From a virus: a DNA stretch of 64,000 nt. The stretch lies in IMG/VR virus record IMGVR_UViG_3300042520_003271, positions 22,913-86,912 of that record; one strand, given 5' to 3'. Under the pieces are notes generated by a model. It saw nothing but the letters and a program-made list of their open reading frames with translations. It did no database searches and had not been told where the DNA came from. Position numbers and translations under genes: made by a program. Of the stretch, positions 22,406 through 32,371 are shown piece by piece. Numbering within the stretch: the first letter of the stretch is position 1; every line of letters starts with the position of its first letter.

Positions 22406-22681
22406 TCAAGCGGAATTGACTTGTGATTGATTATATGTGATTATAATTGATTGGTCGATATGACTGACTACGAAGTTATCGTCTGCCTCTAACTTAATAA
22501 AATCCTTCATCGTAGGATAACCAGACGAATTAGGAACTGCGGCGTCAGGGATAACCAAAAATTCCATGCTTGTGGATTTCATGGTATTGATAGAAGCGCT
22601 GGGACCGCTTTTGTCGATCCTAGCGCCGTTGATATCAACTGTGAATAAACCCAAACGTACAAAATGTACACCAATAGCCAT
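22406..22681 (-). CDS. Hypothetical protein
   Basis: 91-aa ORF with a GAGG RBS. Confidence 0.6.
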   Translation of the reverse strand: MAIGVHFVRLGLFTVDINGARIDKSGPSASINTMKSTSMEFLVIPDAAVPNSSGYPTMKDFIKLEADDNFVVSHIDQSIIITYNQSQVNSA

Positions 22682-22692
22682 TGTCGGACCTC

Positions 22693-23646
22693 TTAATCGT
22701 CATTAAGCTGCCCAAGCAGATTATCGATTTCCGTATCGGAAGTCGCACTGTTGGGTTTACTTATTTTTTCCCCTGCACCCTTTGCTGGTGCTGGCTTCGC
22801 TGGTGTTTTACCTTCCAACTCATCAACATCAAAACTAGTATCAGCCTTGTTGTTGCTAGGAGGGGTATATTCATCACCATTGATAACACTATTAAGGAGT
22901 GATTTAAGAGCATCAGCGTCAGGCATCTGGACCTTTTCCCAAAGATTTACTCTAAGCTTTAGAAGGGCCGCTAACCCTTTAGGATTAGGCTTACCGTCAG
23001 CATCGACGACCATTGGGCCTGATTTTTCTTTTCTAAAAGCGCTGGTAGCATAGCTATTATTCTTGCCCTGTTTAAGGACAGATAATTCAAATAAACTACC
23101 ATTGTTTTCATCAAAGAAAGCACCAAATGCTTCTGGCTCATCTGGGTCGCCACAATCCTCACGCTCTAGTGCCTGAGACCATAGCTTAAAACAGGTAGAG
23201 GTGGCATTAAAGAATTTTACCTTGCCTCTGAGCTCTTCTGGATTACCTTTCCAGTTGGTGAAGTAGACATTAACAAGATAATTCTCAGAAGGCATCCAAT
23301 CGGATCGGATCTTTCGTCTCTTGTCTTCGTCTTTCTCATCACGCATTTGATCAAACCCGAACTGGCAGACTGGGCATTTTTCAGCCGATCCTGCTGCTCT
23401 AGGGCATGGGTGGGGGCGATTATTTATCCAATGTGAACCATGTTTTATATAAAACAAGTCCATCGCTTTTTTCACCACACCGCTTTTAAGAGCATCACCT
23501 TCAAGAAGCGGCGGCAAAACATAGAATCTATATTTAATAGGCTCTGTCGTGCTTTCGTTCTTTTTGGGGCGGAATTCATCCGCATCCATTTGCTTTCCAG
23601 TCATCTGATTTAACTTTTTGCGCATTGCATCAATATCGTATGCCAT
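22693..23646 (-). CDS. Single-stranded DNA-binding protein, T4 gp32-like
   Basis: RFYVLPP, H..C...CPVC Zn site, SYATSAF, acidic tail EIDNLLGQLNDD. Confidence 0.85.
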   Translation of the reverse strand: MAYDIDAMRKKLNQMTGKQMDADEFRPKKNESTTEPIKYRFYVLPPLLEGDALKSGVVKKAMDLFYIKHGSHWINNRPHPCPRAAGSAEKCPVCQFGFDQMRDEKDEDKRRKIRSDWMPSENYLVNVYFTNWKGNPEELRGKVKFFNATSTCFKLWSQALEREDCGDPDEPEAFGAFFDENNGSLFELSVLKQGKNNSYATSAFRKEKSGPMVVDADGKPNPKGLAALLKLRVNLWEKVQMPDADALKSLLNSVINGDEYTPPSNNKADTSFDVDELEGKTPAKPAPAKGAGEKISKPNSATSDTEIDNLLGQLNDD

Positions 23647-23654
23647 ATTGCACC

Positions 23655-24173
23655 TTATCTTTCTAATTTTTTAAAACCAGCCAGTGTTCTTGCCAATTCG
23701 GCTTTCATTTTTATAGCTTCGACCATGTTATACAGCTTACCGGCTTTCATCTGTATTTCACTATACGAGATCTCGGCTTTGGTTAATAATGTATCAGCTT
23801 CAACGATACTTTTAATCTGATCAACAGTCAATTTTACATTATTTGTCCTAGCTTCTTCCAGAACCGCTTTTGTCGCTTCGGCCCTCCTTACTTTGAGTTT
23901 ACGTTCAGCGATCGCCACGCCTAATCTAACTTCTGAATACACTGCAGACCAAAAGGCGAATTGGGCTGGAATATCACAGATATTCTCTTCGAGAGTCTCA
24001 TAATCTATGTCGACATTTGCCAACATATCGACAGTGATTACCTTATAGACGGGTTTATTATTTTCATCAAGCCTCTCGATAACTTGAAGCTTTACATTGA
24101 ATTTAAACAATGATGAATTAATAAGCTCGCGGGGCACATTAGCCAGTACCCAATCACGGTTCTCGTTTTCCAT
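23655..24173 (-). CDS. UvsY-like recombination mediator
   Basis: Helical protein with KLTVDQIKSIVEAD and EAIKMKAE motifs, adjacent to the SSB gene. Confidence 0.6.
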   Translation of the reverse strand: MENENRDWVLANVPRELINSSLFKFNVKLQVIERLDENNKPVYKVITVDMLANVDIDYETLEENICDIPAQFAFWSAVYSEVRLGVAIAERKLKVRRAEATKAVLEEARTNNVKLTVDQIKSIVEADTLLTKAEISYSEIQMKAGKLYNMVEAIKMKAELARTLAGFKKLER

Positions 24174-24435
24174 CGTTGAATAATTCCTTGTTAAAACCTA
24201 CCGTCTTATTCTTTGGTAATACATCATCACTATTAGATGATTTATCTCCAGACCAATTACCCCTACTAAATGATTTATTAGTAATTTCGTTAACGATACT
24301 ATTCCTGATCGTTTTCCTTATATGTTCTTTGCGCCCTTCGTCGAAGCGGCGTTGTGCCTCGATTTTACGTTTTGCTCGCAAAAGAGACTTTTCCTTAGCT
24401 CTCTGACGTATCTTCTGCAGTTTCTTGTTGTTCAT
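24154..24435 (-). CDS. Hypothetical basic protein
   Basis: Arg/Lys-rich ORF; start probably MNNKK after GAGGG (start approximate). Confidence 0.45.
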   Translation of the reverse strand: MNNKKLQKIRQRAKEKSLLRAKRKIEAQRRFDEGRKEHIRKTIRNSIVNEITNKSFSRGNWSGDKSSNSDDVLPKNKTVGFNKELFNDGKREP

Positions 24436-25594
24436 GTTCCCTCTGTATATTACTGTATTTATATTCTCGCCATTTCTTACCAATGCCGTATCTTAAAGGA
24501 AAATAAATATCTCTATCTATCAGCCCATCAAGCGGTTTCGACATAATCGATTTTACACTATTTATCATATATTGTATACTGCTCCGGTCGTTTTCACAAG
24601 ACATTACTAAAGAATCATGGATATCGCATATAATATGTCTTGGAAATAAAGCATTAACTTTTGTAATAGTGTTTTGCATAGCATGGGCTATAGACCCTTG
24701 TAAAACACCATTTATGCCTGATAATATTGTCTTTTCCTTTGGTATAACAAATTTACGGCCTAATAAAGTTTCTAAAGGTACATCCTCAGTCAATTTATGC
24801 GCACATTCAATAAGCCAAGTCTTTAGGTCGCCATAACATATGTCAAATATGCCACTATCGAAATTAAGAGAATTTATCGCTTTAAGAAGAGCTATCTTAC
24901 TGTCTTTGCGGTCTGTAAACATATTACCGGCACGATCAAAAAGATACTCGTAGGGATCACCATGCCTGAAAGCAGATTCCAATTCATCGTCTCCGGAAAC
25001 TACCGATGCGATTCTAAGATCGGCGCAGATCCAGTCGAAATGCAACAATACTTTATCCTCAAAACTCCCGTCCCTTGTGATGAAATCAGGCATGTTATAG
25101 CCTTGAATATTAAAACCTGTGCATTTGCTTCTGCCAGTAAAAGTGTCATGCGACCAAGATGATTTCAGTGGTGTATAATTTACATAAATTGGTAAATCTG
25201 AAAGCTTATCATAAACGCAACCAGCGTCGAATAATAGTTTTTTATATGGTTCTTGAACAGAAGCATCTGTGGATGCTAAAAATTCATCGAGGGCACTTGT
25301 TTCATGAATTATTTGGTTATGATCGAAGATGTTGTCGGCGATAGCTCTATTGCTATAACCCATAGCGGCGATCAGTGATGCGCGATCGTTTGTGACTATC
25401 GCGCATCTGGTGCTAACCGCATGATCGAATAATGTTTTAATCTTGGACTGGTCTATTCTAATATCACTTATGCATTTTGTGTTGCTATTATCAAAAAGGA
25501 TTTGTTTATATATCTTTTGGTCGCGTTTTATACCTATGATGGCTGGATATGCGACTTGTCTTCCTCTTTTGATAGCGAATAGAATTGGCTTCAT
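24395..25594 (-). CDS. Minimal family A DNA polymerase (polymerase domain only)
   Basis: TFTGR, NIQ, motif A FDWICADLR, motif B RKDSK, TLLGR, N.VLQGS.A, motif C IHDSL. Confidence 0.8.
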   Translation of the reverse strand: MKPILFAIKRGRQVAYPAIIGIKRDQKIYKQILFDNSNTKCISDIRIDQSKIKTLFDHAVSTRCAIVTNDRASLIAAMGYSNRAIADNIFDHNQIIHETSALDEFLASTDASVQEPYKKLLFDAGCVYDKLSDLPIYVNYTPLKSSWSHDTFTGRSKCTGFNIQGYNMPDFITRDGSFEDKVLLHFDWICADLRIASVVSGDDELESAFRHGDPYEYLFDRAGNMFTDRKDSKIALLKAINSLNFDSGIFDICYGDLKTWLIECAHKLTEDVPLETLLGRKFVIPKEKTILSGINGVLQGSIAHAMQNTITKVNALFPRHIICDIHDSLVMSCENDRSSIQYMINSVKSIMSKPLDGLIDRDIYFPLRYGIGKKWREYKYSNIQREHEQQETAEDTSES

Positions 25595-25608
25595 AATGAA
25601 TCAATACA

Positions 25609-26016
25609 TTATGTCGTTTTTGCGCCCATTACGAAATGCCTAGGTTTTGGGTCGTGTTTGCCTGCTTGGTCTAGCTTGATCTTTAAATCTTCGACTTCTC
25701 CGGGCTGGCGCATATGACCGTATGGGTCATTATTAACTAATGTATGCTTATGCATGTCTCTTCTAGCGCCAGCGCGATCTAAATATCCATTGCCTCTGAC
25801 ATATGATATAATATTATCATAACCATAAAACCTTTCTGCTCTTGATGCGCCGCAGCGTGGACATTTTAGGGCGTCAGCTAATTCTTTACCAGCAGCTGAC
25901 ATGCTATGACTTGTCTCAAAAAGAACTTGAGCATCATACGTATCAGCATCGACACTAGAATTATCTTCAGCTAGCTTTTCTTCGCATGGAACGCATCTAT
26001 AAATATATTCTGGCAT
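25609..26016 (-). CDS. FmdB-like zinc-ribbon protein
   Basis: MPEYIYRCVPC...CPRCG. Confidence 0.75.
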   Translation of the reverse strand: MPEYIYRCVPCEEKLAEDNSSVDADTYDAQVLFETSHSMSAAGKELADALKCPRCGASRAERFYGYDNIISYVRGNGYLDRAGARRDMHKHTLVNNDPYGHMRQPGEVEDLKIKLDQAGKHDPKPRHFVMGAKTT

Positions 26017-26453
26017 TATACGAACCTGTGGATGATAGGGTCTAATGTCATAATAATATTACGTTCAGATACGATAGTAATAGTCTTACCTTCGTATGGA
26101 TATTTGGTGCCTTTAATCTCAGTGATTATATTACGCGGCATAAAAGCTACAACATCGCCTATTATAACTTGCGCATTTGCAGTTGGAGGGACACCAGGCC
26201 CAACGCCAATCACCATGCCTTCGTTTTTAAGACGCTGATGATCAGGTATTTCGATTACCGATTCTTCTTCGAATCTTAATATAGCAACGAAATCATTAAG
26301 GCATTTGATTTCACGTATTTCAATTTCTTGGTATGTTTCTGACTCGCTGCCGCAACATTTCTTGGCTTTTGAGCATGCTTTCGGCTCATCGACGTTTACC
26401 TTGGTATTCGATGCAGTTTCTTCTTTGATTAACTTGGCGGTCTTCGGTATCAT
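26016..26453 (-). CDS. GroES-like co-chaperonin
   Basis: IKCLNDFVAI, EGMVIGVGPG, V.IGDVVAF, IVSERNII. Confidence 0.75.
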   Translation of the reverse strand: MIPKTAKLIKEETASNTKVNVDEPKACSKAKKCCGSESETYQEIEIREIKCLNDFVAILRFEEESVIEIPDHQRLKNEGMVIGVGPGVPPTANAQVIIGDVVAFMPRNIITEIKGTKYPYEGKTITIVSERNIIMTLDPIIHRFV

Positions 26454-26647
26454 TTTATCTCCTTTAAGATTGGTTCTTCCACAATTTCAGTAAACGTTAT
26501 CTTGCTTTTGCTTTTTGTGATCGCAGGGCTATTTGGGATCCTTATCCCTAACCCTGTTCCTTCTGGAATTACATTGAAACCATTCCTCTCCATTGTTTGC
26601 GCCAATGTTTTCGAAACATTGACATCAATTATGATGCGCATCTTCAT
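26450..26647 (-). CDS. Hypothetical protein
   Basis: 65-aa ORF with overlapping start/stop codons. Confidence 0.55.
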   Translation of the reverse strand: MKMRIIIDVNVSKTLAQTMERNGFNVIPEGTGLGIRIPNSPAITKSKSKITFTEIVEEPILKEIK

Positions 26648-27987
26648 TAGGCCATCTCCTTAACTACCATAGTGTCATAATTAATCTCACAGGTGATTAA
26701 TTCATTCTTTGGACCATTTCTATTTTTAGCAACATAAAACCTTATTCTAGGCGGTTTTTCTAACTTATCCTCGATAGATTGGTTCAAACTAATTACATAG
26801 TCAAGTGCGAATTGTTTACCATAACTTTCAGCGGTTTTTGATAAATCAATTGGCTCTGAACCTTCCCCCCCGCTACGATTGGTCTGAGTAGCAGTGAAGA
26901 CTAATACGCTTTCGTTTTTTGCTAAACCACGTAGCTCAGTGGCGATATGCTTCTGTCTGGTATAATCATCTTTGTTATAAGCCGCATTACGGCTGACCAT
27001 TAAATCGAGGTAATCGACCACAACCACGTCAGGTTTCCAACCTTCTTTCCGTTTTAGATTATCTATTAAAGCATAAATATGGTCAACGCTGCATTCGTCT
27101 GGAGGGAATTCATATATCAATAATCTCTTATTATAGGTGTCTTTAATAGTATTAATGACTCTCCTAATATAATCTTGGTTGTTAGCCACTTGGTCCTGTG
27201 GAATGCCAGTGGTAGCTGAAAGACATCTTAGAGCTGTCTTTATAGTATCCAATTCGAAAGTCACAAGCAGAACGTCTTGGCCATTTGTGCCATCGTTATT
27301 AGCACCTTTAAGTGAAGATATCGCGTTATTGACCAAGAGTATCGATTTGCCTGTGTTAGTCGGCGCCAGCCAGCATAAGACTTCTTTAGGTGACGGGCCG
27401 CCATTATTTAGGATGCGATCTAACCTAGGGAAGCCAGTGGTTCGGTGATCTATGGCGTCTGCTTGAAATAATTTTTCGTATTGGTCGAGTAACCAAAAGC
27501 CACCCTCACCTATGTCTGTTACTTTATTGGCCTCGGAGACTATTTTTTCTAATTCTTCAAAGCGACCTGATTCATAGGCTTGTATAGCTTCTTCGCTATA
27601 GATTAAACCATAAGCTCGGTTCTTGGCCCACTTCATTAAAGTGTCTTTGATGATCGGCACTTCTCTAGGATCTGATTTTCTATCAAGCAGTTTGAACACT
27701 ATCTCAAAAGGCTGGTCAGACGTTAGTTGTTTTTCAACTATATCTCTTAACAAAGGCCTTGTAGGGATAATATTATATTTTTCGTAATAATTGAGGAGAA
27801 CCGCCATAACGTATTTGCATTCAGTTCGCCCAAACATGTCGGGCTTAAGATATCTCCCGACATTTGAAAAGAATTCTGGGTGGTCGAGTGCTAACGAGAT
27901 TATCGCTTCTTCTTGGTATTTTCCGAATGGTTTTTCATCATCATTATCATTTGTGTTGCCAGCATCATAAGAAACGATCTGTGTCAT
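26647..27987 (-). CDS. Replicative DNA helicase (DnaB/T4 gp41-like)
   Basis: APTNTGKS Walker A, VTFE, VVVVDYLDLM, TATQTNR, KNRNG. Confidence 0.93.
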   Translation of the reverse strand: MTQIVSYDAGNTNDNDDEKPFGKYQEEAIISLALDHPEFFSNVGRYLKPDMFGRTECKYVMAVLLNYYEKYNIIPTRPLLRDIVEKQLTSDQPFEIVFKLLDRKSDPREVPIIKDTLMKWAKNRAYGLIYSEEAIQAYESGRFEELEKIVSEANKVTDIGEGGFWLLDQYEKLFQADAIDHRTTGFPRLDRILNNGGPSPKEVLCWLAPTNTGKSILLVNNAISSLKGANNDGTNGQDVLLVTFELDTIKTALRCLSATTGIPQDQVANNQDYIRRVINTIKDTYNKRLLIYEFPPDECSVDHIYALIDNLKRKEGWKPDVVVVDYLDLMVSRNAAYNKDDYTRQKHIATELRGLAKNESVLVFTATQTNRSGGEGSEPIDLSKTAESYGKQFALDYVISLNQSIEDKLEKPPRIRFYVAKNRNGPKNELITCEINYDTMVVKEMA

Positions 27988-27990
27988 TTA

Positions 27991-28356
27991 TTAGCCCGTT
28001 ACCCCGCAACTTGCGGAAATAAGTGATTGGATCGCCGTTAATTGACCAGCCAAATATCTTTCAGCGACCCCTAAAGCTTCACAATACGTCTGGAATTCGT
28101 CTTCCGTATAATAAACCTGCTGGGACCCAATACCACCAAAGCTAATTCTGTCGCCAAATACTCTTGGCGCACTTGGCTCGGCGGTTTTATACCTCAGACC
28201 ATATACCCATGTAGAATCGATTTTAGCCACTATACCGATTTTAACTGGTTCGATAAATCCTCTAGCGGCAGAGGATTTGAAATACACTATGTCATTAACA
28301 TCATATTTTGGACTATTTGCCATTGGGGTCATCCTCATCATCAAGATATTTGTCAT
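27991..28356 (-). CDS. Hypothetical protein, SH3/KOW-like
   Basis: PKYDVNDIVY start motif; true start probably MANSPK. Confidence 0.55.
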   Translation of the reverse strand: MTNILMMRMTPMANSPKYDVNDIVYFKSSAARGFIEPVKIGIVAKIDSTWVYGLRYKTAEPSAPRVFGDRISFGGIGSQQVYYTEDEFQTYCEALGVAERYLAGQLTAIQSLISASCGVTG

Positions 28357-29425
28357 CTAAGTCATCATCGACCTTTACTTGGCCGAAGTCTGGGCCGAAG
28401 GCCTTTAAATATATTTCATCTTTTATCTTATTAAAAAGCACTTCGTCGTTCCTAAGAGCTTTGGATGCATTCTGGGCGCCATTACCTAGACTTTTGCCAT
28501 CGTAATTGAAGAATGAACCGCTCTTCGAAATAACACCGACATCAAGGCCTACATCTAAAAGCGATGAAACGGCATCGATACCTGCTATTGGGTATGATTT
28601 TGTACCATAAAAGATGTCGAACTCAGCTACCCTAAAAGGGGCAGCTACTTTGTTTTTAACTATTTTCATGGTAGTATGATGGCCGATAACAGTATCGTCT
28701 GAAGATTTTATAGCAGTGCTACGTTTAATCTCTGCTCTGACAGAGGCATAGTATTTAAGCGCTCGGCCGCCAGGCGTTACTTCTGGGTTACCGAAGACCA
28801 TGCCTACCTTTTCCCTAAGCTGATTTACGAACACCAAAGTAGTGCCGCTATTATTGCATTTGCCCTTTAATTTGCTTAAGGCTTTGGACATAAGCTGAGC
28901 AAGCGCACCCATAGTGGCTTTACCGATGTCCTCTTCTAAAATAGCTTTTGGTATAAGTGCGGCCACGGAGTCTACCACCACAAGGTCAACTTGGCCTGAT
29001 TCTACCAATACTTCTATTAGCCGAAATGCATCTTCACCGCTGTCTGGCTGAGAAATACAAAGTGTTTCTGTATCGACTCCCAGCCTTCTTGCCCATTCTA
29101 TATCTAGAGCGTGTTCTGCGTCAATATATGCCACAACACCATTGCGTTCTTTACCTTTAAAATAGTGCTTTTGGAAGGCTGAAGCGATGTGGAGGCAGGT
29201 CGTTGTTTTACCGCTGCTTTCTGGCCCAAATATTTCCAACGTTCGGCCGATGGGCACACCACCAGCTCCTAGAGCCTTGTCGATAGATGGAATACCAGTT
29301 GGAACTATACTAACATTGACTATACTGCTTCTGCCACGCATAATTGTTCCTGGCCCGAAATCTTTATCAATCCTCTTCATCAGATCTTGAAGGGTCTTCG
29401 GTGGGTCTTTCTTTTCTGCTTTCAT
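28313..29425 (-). CDS. recA: RecA recombinase
   Basis: GPESSGKTT, YIDAEHALD, ISQPDSGE, VVVDSVAAL, NQLREKVG, GGRALKYYASVR, KNKVAAPF. Confidence 0.97.
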   Translation of the reverse strand: MKAEKKDPPKTLQDLMKRIDKDFGPGTIMRGRSSIVNVSIVPTGIPSIDKALGAGGVPIGRTLEIFGPESSGKTTTCLHIASAFQKHYFKGKERNGVVAYIDAEHALDIEWARRLGVDTETLCISQPDSGEDAFRLIEVLVESGQVDLVVVDSVAALIPKAILEEDIGKATMGALAQLMSKALSKLKGKCNNSGTTLVFVNQLREKVGMVFGNPEVTPGGRALKYYASVRAEIKRSTAIKSSDDTVIGHHTTMKIVKNKVAAPFRVAEFDIFYGTKSYPIAGIDAVSSLLDVGLDVGVISKSGSFFNYDGKSLGNGAQNASKALRNDEVLFNKIKDEIYLKAFGPDFGQVKVDDDLDDKYLDDEDDPNGK

Positions 29426-29708
29426 AATTATTAAACTTTCCTAAAGAATTTAAGATGTTTGTAAAGGTCCTATGATAATCTAATACTTTCTTTACATCAA
29501 CCGCAGGTATCCGTATTACTATTGATTCTTTGGTCAATAGTAATTCATTTCCAATAGCTGCCGCCACCATCCACATACCGTTTGGGTTAAGCTGTTGACC
29601 CTCAGGGGCAGATAAATAGCTAACCCTACGGGTAGTATTTATAGTAACTTGATCGAATCTGCTTATTCTTTCTTCGTTTTCCATCAGATAAATACCAATA
29701 ATTGACAA
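29367..29708 (-). CDS. Hypothetical protein
   Basis: 113-aa ORF; start possibly MENEE. Confidence 0.55.
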   Translation of the reverse strand: MSIIGIYLMENEERISRFDQVTINTTRRVSYLSAPEGQQLNPNGMWMVAAAIGNELLLTKESIVIRIPAVDVKKVLDYHRTFTNILNSLGKFNNYESRKERPTEDPSRSDEED

Positions 29709-29732
29709 TCAAATTTAAAATTTAAGTGAGGG

Positions 29733-30251
29733 ATGAATATGAGCCTTAATAAAAAACAAAAGACTTTTCTAGAAGCACTTGATACTTACCTTAATCAGGA
29801 TGCTCAGCTTGGCCTAAAAGGTAATGATTCTAATAAATTAGATGATCAAGAACGAGTAGGTGGTTATGAATATGCTCGAAATGATGTATATTCAAAGTTC
29901 AGAGACAAATTATTAAAAGCCAATATAGTATATATAGGCCCAATCATGCGAGCATTCAATAGCGCTCATAATATTAGGATCTTTGGATCGCCCACCTTTT
30001 TAAGTGCTATGGAACGAGAATTAAAAGCTCAACCTATTGCTTCATCAGAAGTCGAAAAGGCTTTAGATATTGCTGAAAAATTATCAGAAGAATTAAAGAA
30101 GAGCGATTGGGCAGAACAAGATGCCGGTTTGAATTCTGATATGGATGGTATAAAAGAGGTTTCACAGCCAGAGCAAGCCTCTGAATTCGACATCATCAAG
30201 ACTGACCTTAACAAGAAAAATGTAAAGGATGTTAACAATGAATTTGAATGA
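29733..30251 (+). CDS. Hypothetical acidic protein
   Basis: 172-aa ORF with a GAGGG RBS. Confidence 0.6.
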   Translation: MNMSLNKKQKTFLEALDTYLNQDAQLGLKGNDSNKLDDQERVGGYEYARNDVYSKFRDKLLKANIVYIGPIMRAFNSAHNIRIFGSPTFLSAMERELKAQPIASSEVEKALDIAEKLSEELKKSDWAEQDAGLNSDMDGIKEVSQPEQASEFDIIKTDLNKKNVKDVNNEFE

Positions 30252-30456
30252 AGGCTTTCTAGGCCAAAAAATGCGTGAAGTCTTCGACAATAATTATTTT
30301 AATCCTGGGAGACAGCCTTCAGGATTTCTACCTCCATCCGGCTTTGATATCGGTAACAGCCAGAAGGGTGCTACCTCCTATTCTACAGGAGTTCCAGTTA
30401 GCGAAAGGCACCGACAATTTTTTGGGATGGGAAATAGGCCATACACTATTAGATAG
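30229..30456 (+). CDS. Hypothetical protein
   Basis: 75-aa ORF, probable start MNLNEG at 30238. Confidence 0.5.
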   Translation: MLTMNLNEGFLGQKMREVFDNNYFNPGRQPSGFLPPSGFDIGNSQKGATSYSTGVPVSERHRQFFGMGNRPYTIR

Positions 30457-31249
30457 ATATCATACCACCGCCAGCACATTTTGGACAACTTGATTCGTTT
30501 TTACCATTTCTAACCAAACCGCTACCTCTACAAATCGGACAAGGCCTGGTCGTGTCTGCGTAGCCATTTTGGGAAAAATTCGCGAATTTATCGGATTTGC
30601 TCTCTTGAGCCATCTTTTTAAACCGCGCTTGTAATTTATCGTCATTTTCAGCTTTATTTATCATAATGTGCGTTTCGCCGAGACCATCTACCCTTTTCTG
30701 TGGGATAGCGATTGGTTGGCCGCCACGTCCTTCGACCATAGCCATCTTTACTTTTCCGATCCTAGCGTTTTCAGGTAGCTTATCTCCTAGACTATTAAAA
30801 TCATATGACTGATGAGCCGAGACATTACCCATTTCCGTCGATCCCCCCACTGATCTCATCACTTTTTTATCGATTATCTCTGTCGGGATCATATTCTCGT
30901 CGTCTTCCGTTATTATTTCTTTTGTAATTTGTACTCTAGCAGGCTGGCTGGTCGGTTGATTAGGAATATGTAAAACTTCTGGTGCTACGTGTATCTCCGT
31001 GGCCGTAAGAATCGATTTGCCAGACGGATTTAAAAGGCTAGATAGATCTATACTATATCCTAGCTCTTTAGCTTGTTTTATTAAATTATCTAGATCTACT
31101 TTTTTCTGAGCATATGCTTCCTTAAGCTGTTTAATCGAAGAATCAGAATGGACTTCACATAAATGGATGTCGACCTTCTTGCCGTCTTCCATCTGTATTG
31201 TTAGTTGAGAATTATCGCTGGCATCGTCGGTACATAAGAAACATTTCAT
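30449..31249 (-). CDS. Zinc-finger protein with DnaJ-type CxxCxGxG repeats
   Basis: N-terminal CxxC...CxxH; C-terminal CPICRGSG and CPKCAGGG. Confidence 0.65.
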   Translation of the reverse strand: MKCFLCTDDASDNSQLTIQMEDGKKVDIHLCEVHSDSSIKQLKEAYAQKKVDLDNLIKQAKELGYSIDLSSLLNPSGKSILTATEIHVAPEVLHIPNQPTSQPARVQITKEIITEDDENMIPTEIIDKKVMRSVGGSTEMGNVSAHQSYDFNSLGDKLPENARIGKVKMAMVEGRGGQPIAIPQKRVDGLGETHIMINKAENDDKLQARFKKMAQESKSDKFANFSQNGYADTTRPCPICRGSGLVRNGKNESSCPKCAGGGMISI

Positions 31250-31260
31250 AAAGGACCTCC

Positions 31261-31677
31261 ATGACTAAGTACACTATCATCGACATAGATCTAAATATTA
31301 ATATTGATGAATTAGCGACAGAGAATGCTCTGTATTTGACAGGTAAAGCCGGCGAAATACTTAAAGATACTATCCAAGACATTAAAGATCTAGCAGGTGC
31401 TGTCGAAGATAAGAAGAAAGAAAAAGACGTAGACAATGATTTTATTTATAAACTATTTAAAGATAACAAAGGCAGATTATCCAAAGCAGATCTATCTCAA
31501 TATATTCCCAAAAGATTTAAAACTTTCTCGACGATGATTATGAGATTTGGGAATTACCTCAGAAGGAGAGGAGAATTCGAGTATCTTCGCAAAGTAGAAA
31601 ACAAGGATGAATTCGCATATTATCTTGAAAGCATGCCATCAGACAGCGACACGCTTACTTCTCAAGAGCAGCCTTAA
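31261..31677 (+). CDS. Hypothetical protein, possible winged-helix DNA-binding protein
   Basis: 138 aa with an AAAGGA RBS; divergent from its neighbour. Confidence 0.55.
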   Translation: MTKYTIIDIDLNINIDELATENALYLTGKAGEILKDTIQDIKDLAGAVEDKKKEKDVDNDFIYKLFKDNKGRLSKADLSQYIPKRFKTFSTMIMRFGNYLRRRGEFEYLRKVENKDEFAYYLESMPSDSDTLTSQEQP

Positions 31678-32371
31678 ATGATTCTATGTTTTCGGGGGTG
31701 TCAATACCTATTGTTTCATAGTTAATTCTCACCATTTTTATGGCGTAGCCGTTCTCCAACCAAGATAATTGTTCAAGATTTTCTGATTTCTGATAATTAC
31801 TGCTAGTCGGTAAATCTGCCAAAACATCTCTTTTATAACCATAGATCCCGATGTGTTTACATGCTGAAGTGAATCCACCGTGTGGTATAGAAGATCTGCT
31901 AAAATATAACGCCATGTCGAAAACGTTTAACACTACCTTAACAGTATTCGGATCATTGTATTCTGCTTCGTTTCTGATAAAGGAATAGGCGCTGGCTAAT
32001 ACGATATCATTACTTATTTCGCCAAAAACGGCGTCGATACTATCGGCCTTAAATAGTGGTTCATCGGCTTGAAGATTTACAACTCTTGCATAGCCATTAA
32101 GCAATTCTTTTGATATATGCCTAACACGCTCGGTGCCGTTATTAAACTGTGGGGTCCGAATACAATCTACATCATAACCAAGACTATCGACGAATCTTTT
32201 AATATCTAAGTCTTCTGTCGCTACTATTATGCGATTTTTCTTCTTGCTAGCCAAAGCATTTTCAATAGTATACTGGATGATCGGCTTGCCTTTAACTTCG
32301 ATAAGCAGTTTTTTCTTTAATCTTGTCGATTTTAATCTGGCTGGAATAATAATAGCATTTGATTTAATCAT
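31655..32371 (-). CDS. kdsB: 3-deoxy-manno-octulosonate cytidylyltransferase (CMP-Kdo synthetase)
   Basis: IIPARLKSTRL..KLL, GTER, VNLQADEP, PNTVKVV, LYFSRS.IP, HIGIYGY, ENLEQL..LENG, GIDTPE. Confidence 0.92.
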   Translation of the reverse strand: MIKSNAIIIPARLKSTRLKKKLLIEVKGKPIIQYTIENALASKKKNRIIVATEDLDIKRFVDSLGYDVDCIRTPQFNNGTERVRHISKELLNGYARVVNLQADEPLFKADSIDAVFGEISNDIVLASAYSFIRNEAEYNDPNTVKVVLNVFDMALYFSRSSIPHGGFTSACKHIGIYGYKRDVLADLPTSSNYQKSENLEQLSWLENGYAIKMVRINYETIGIDTPENIESFKAALEK

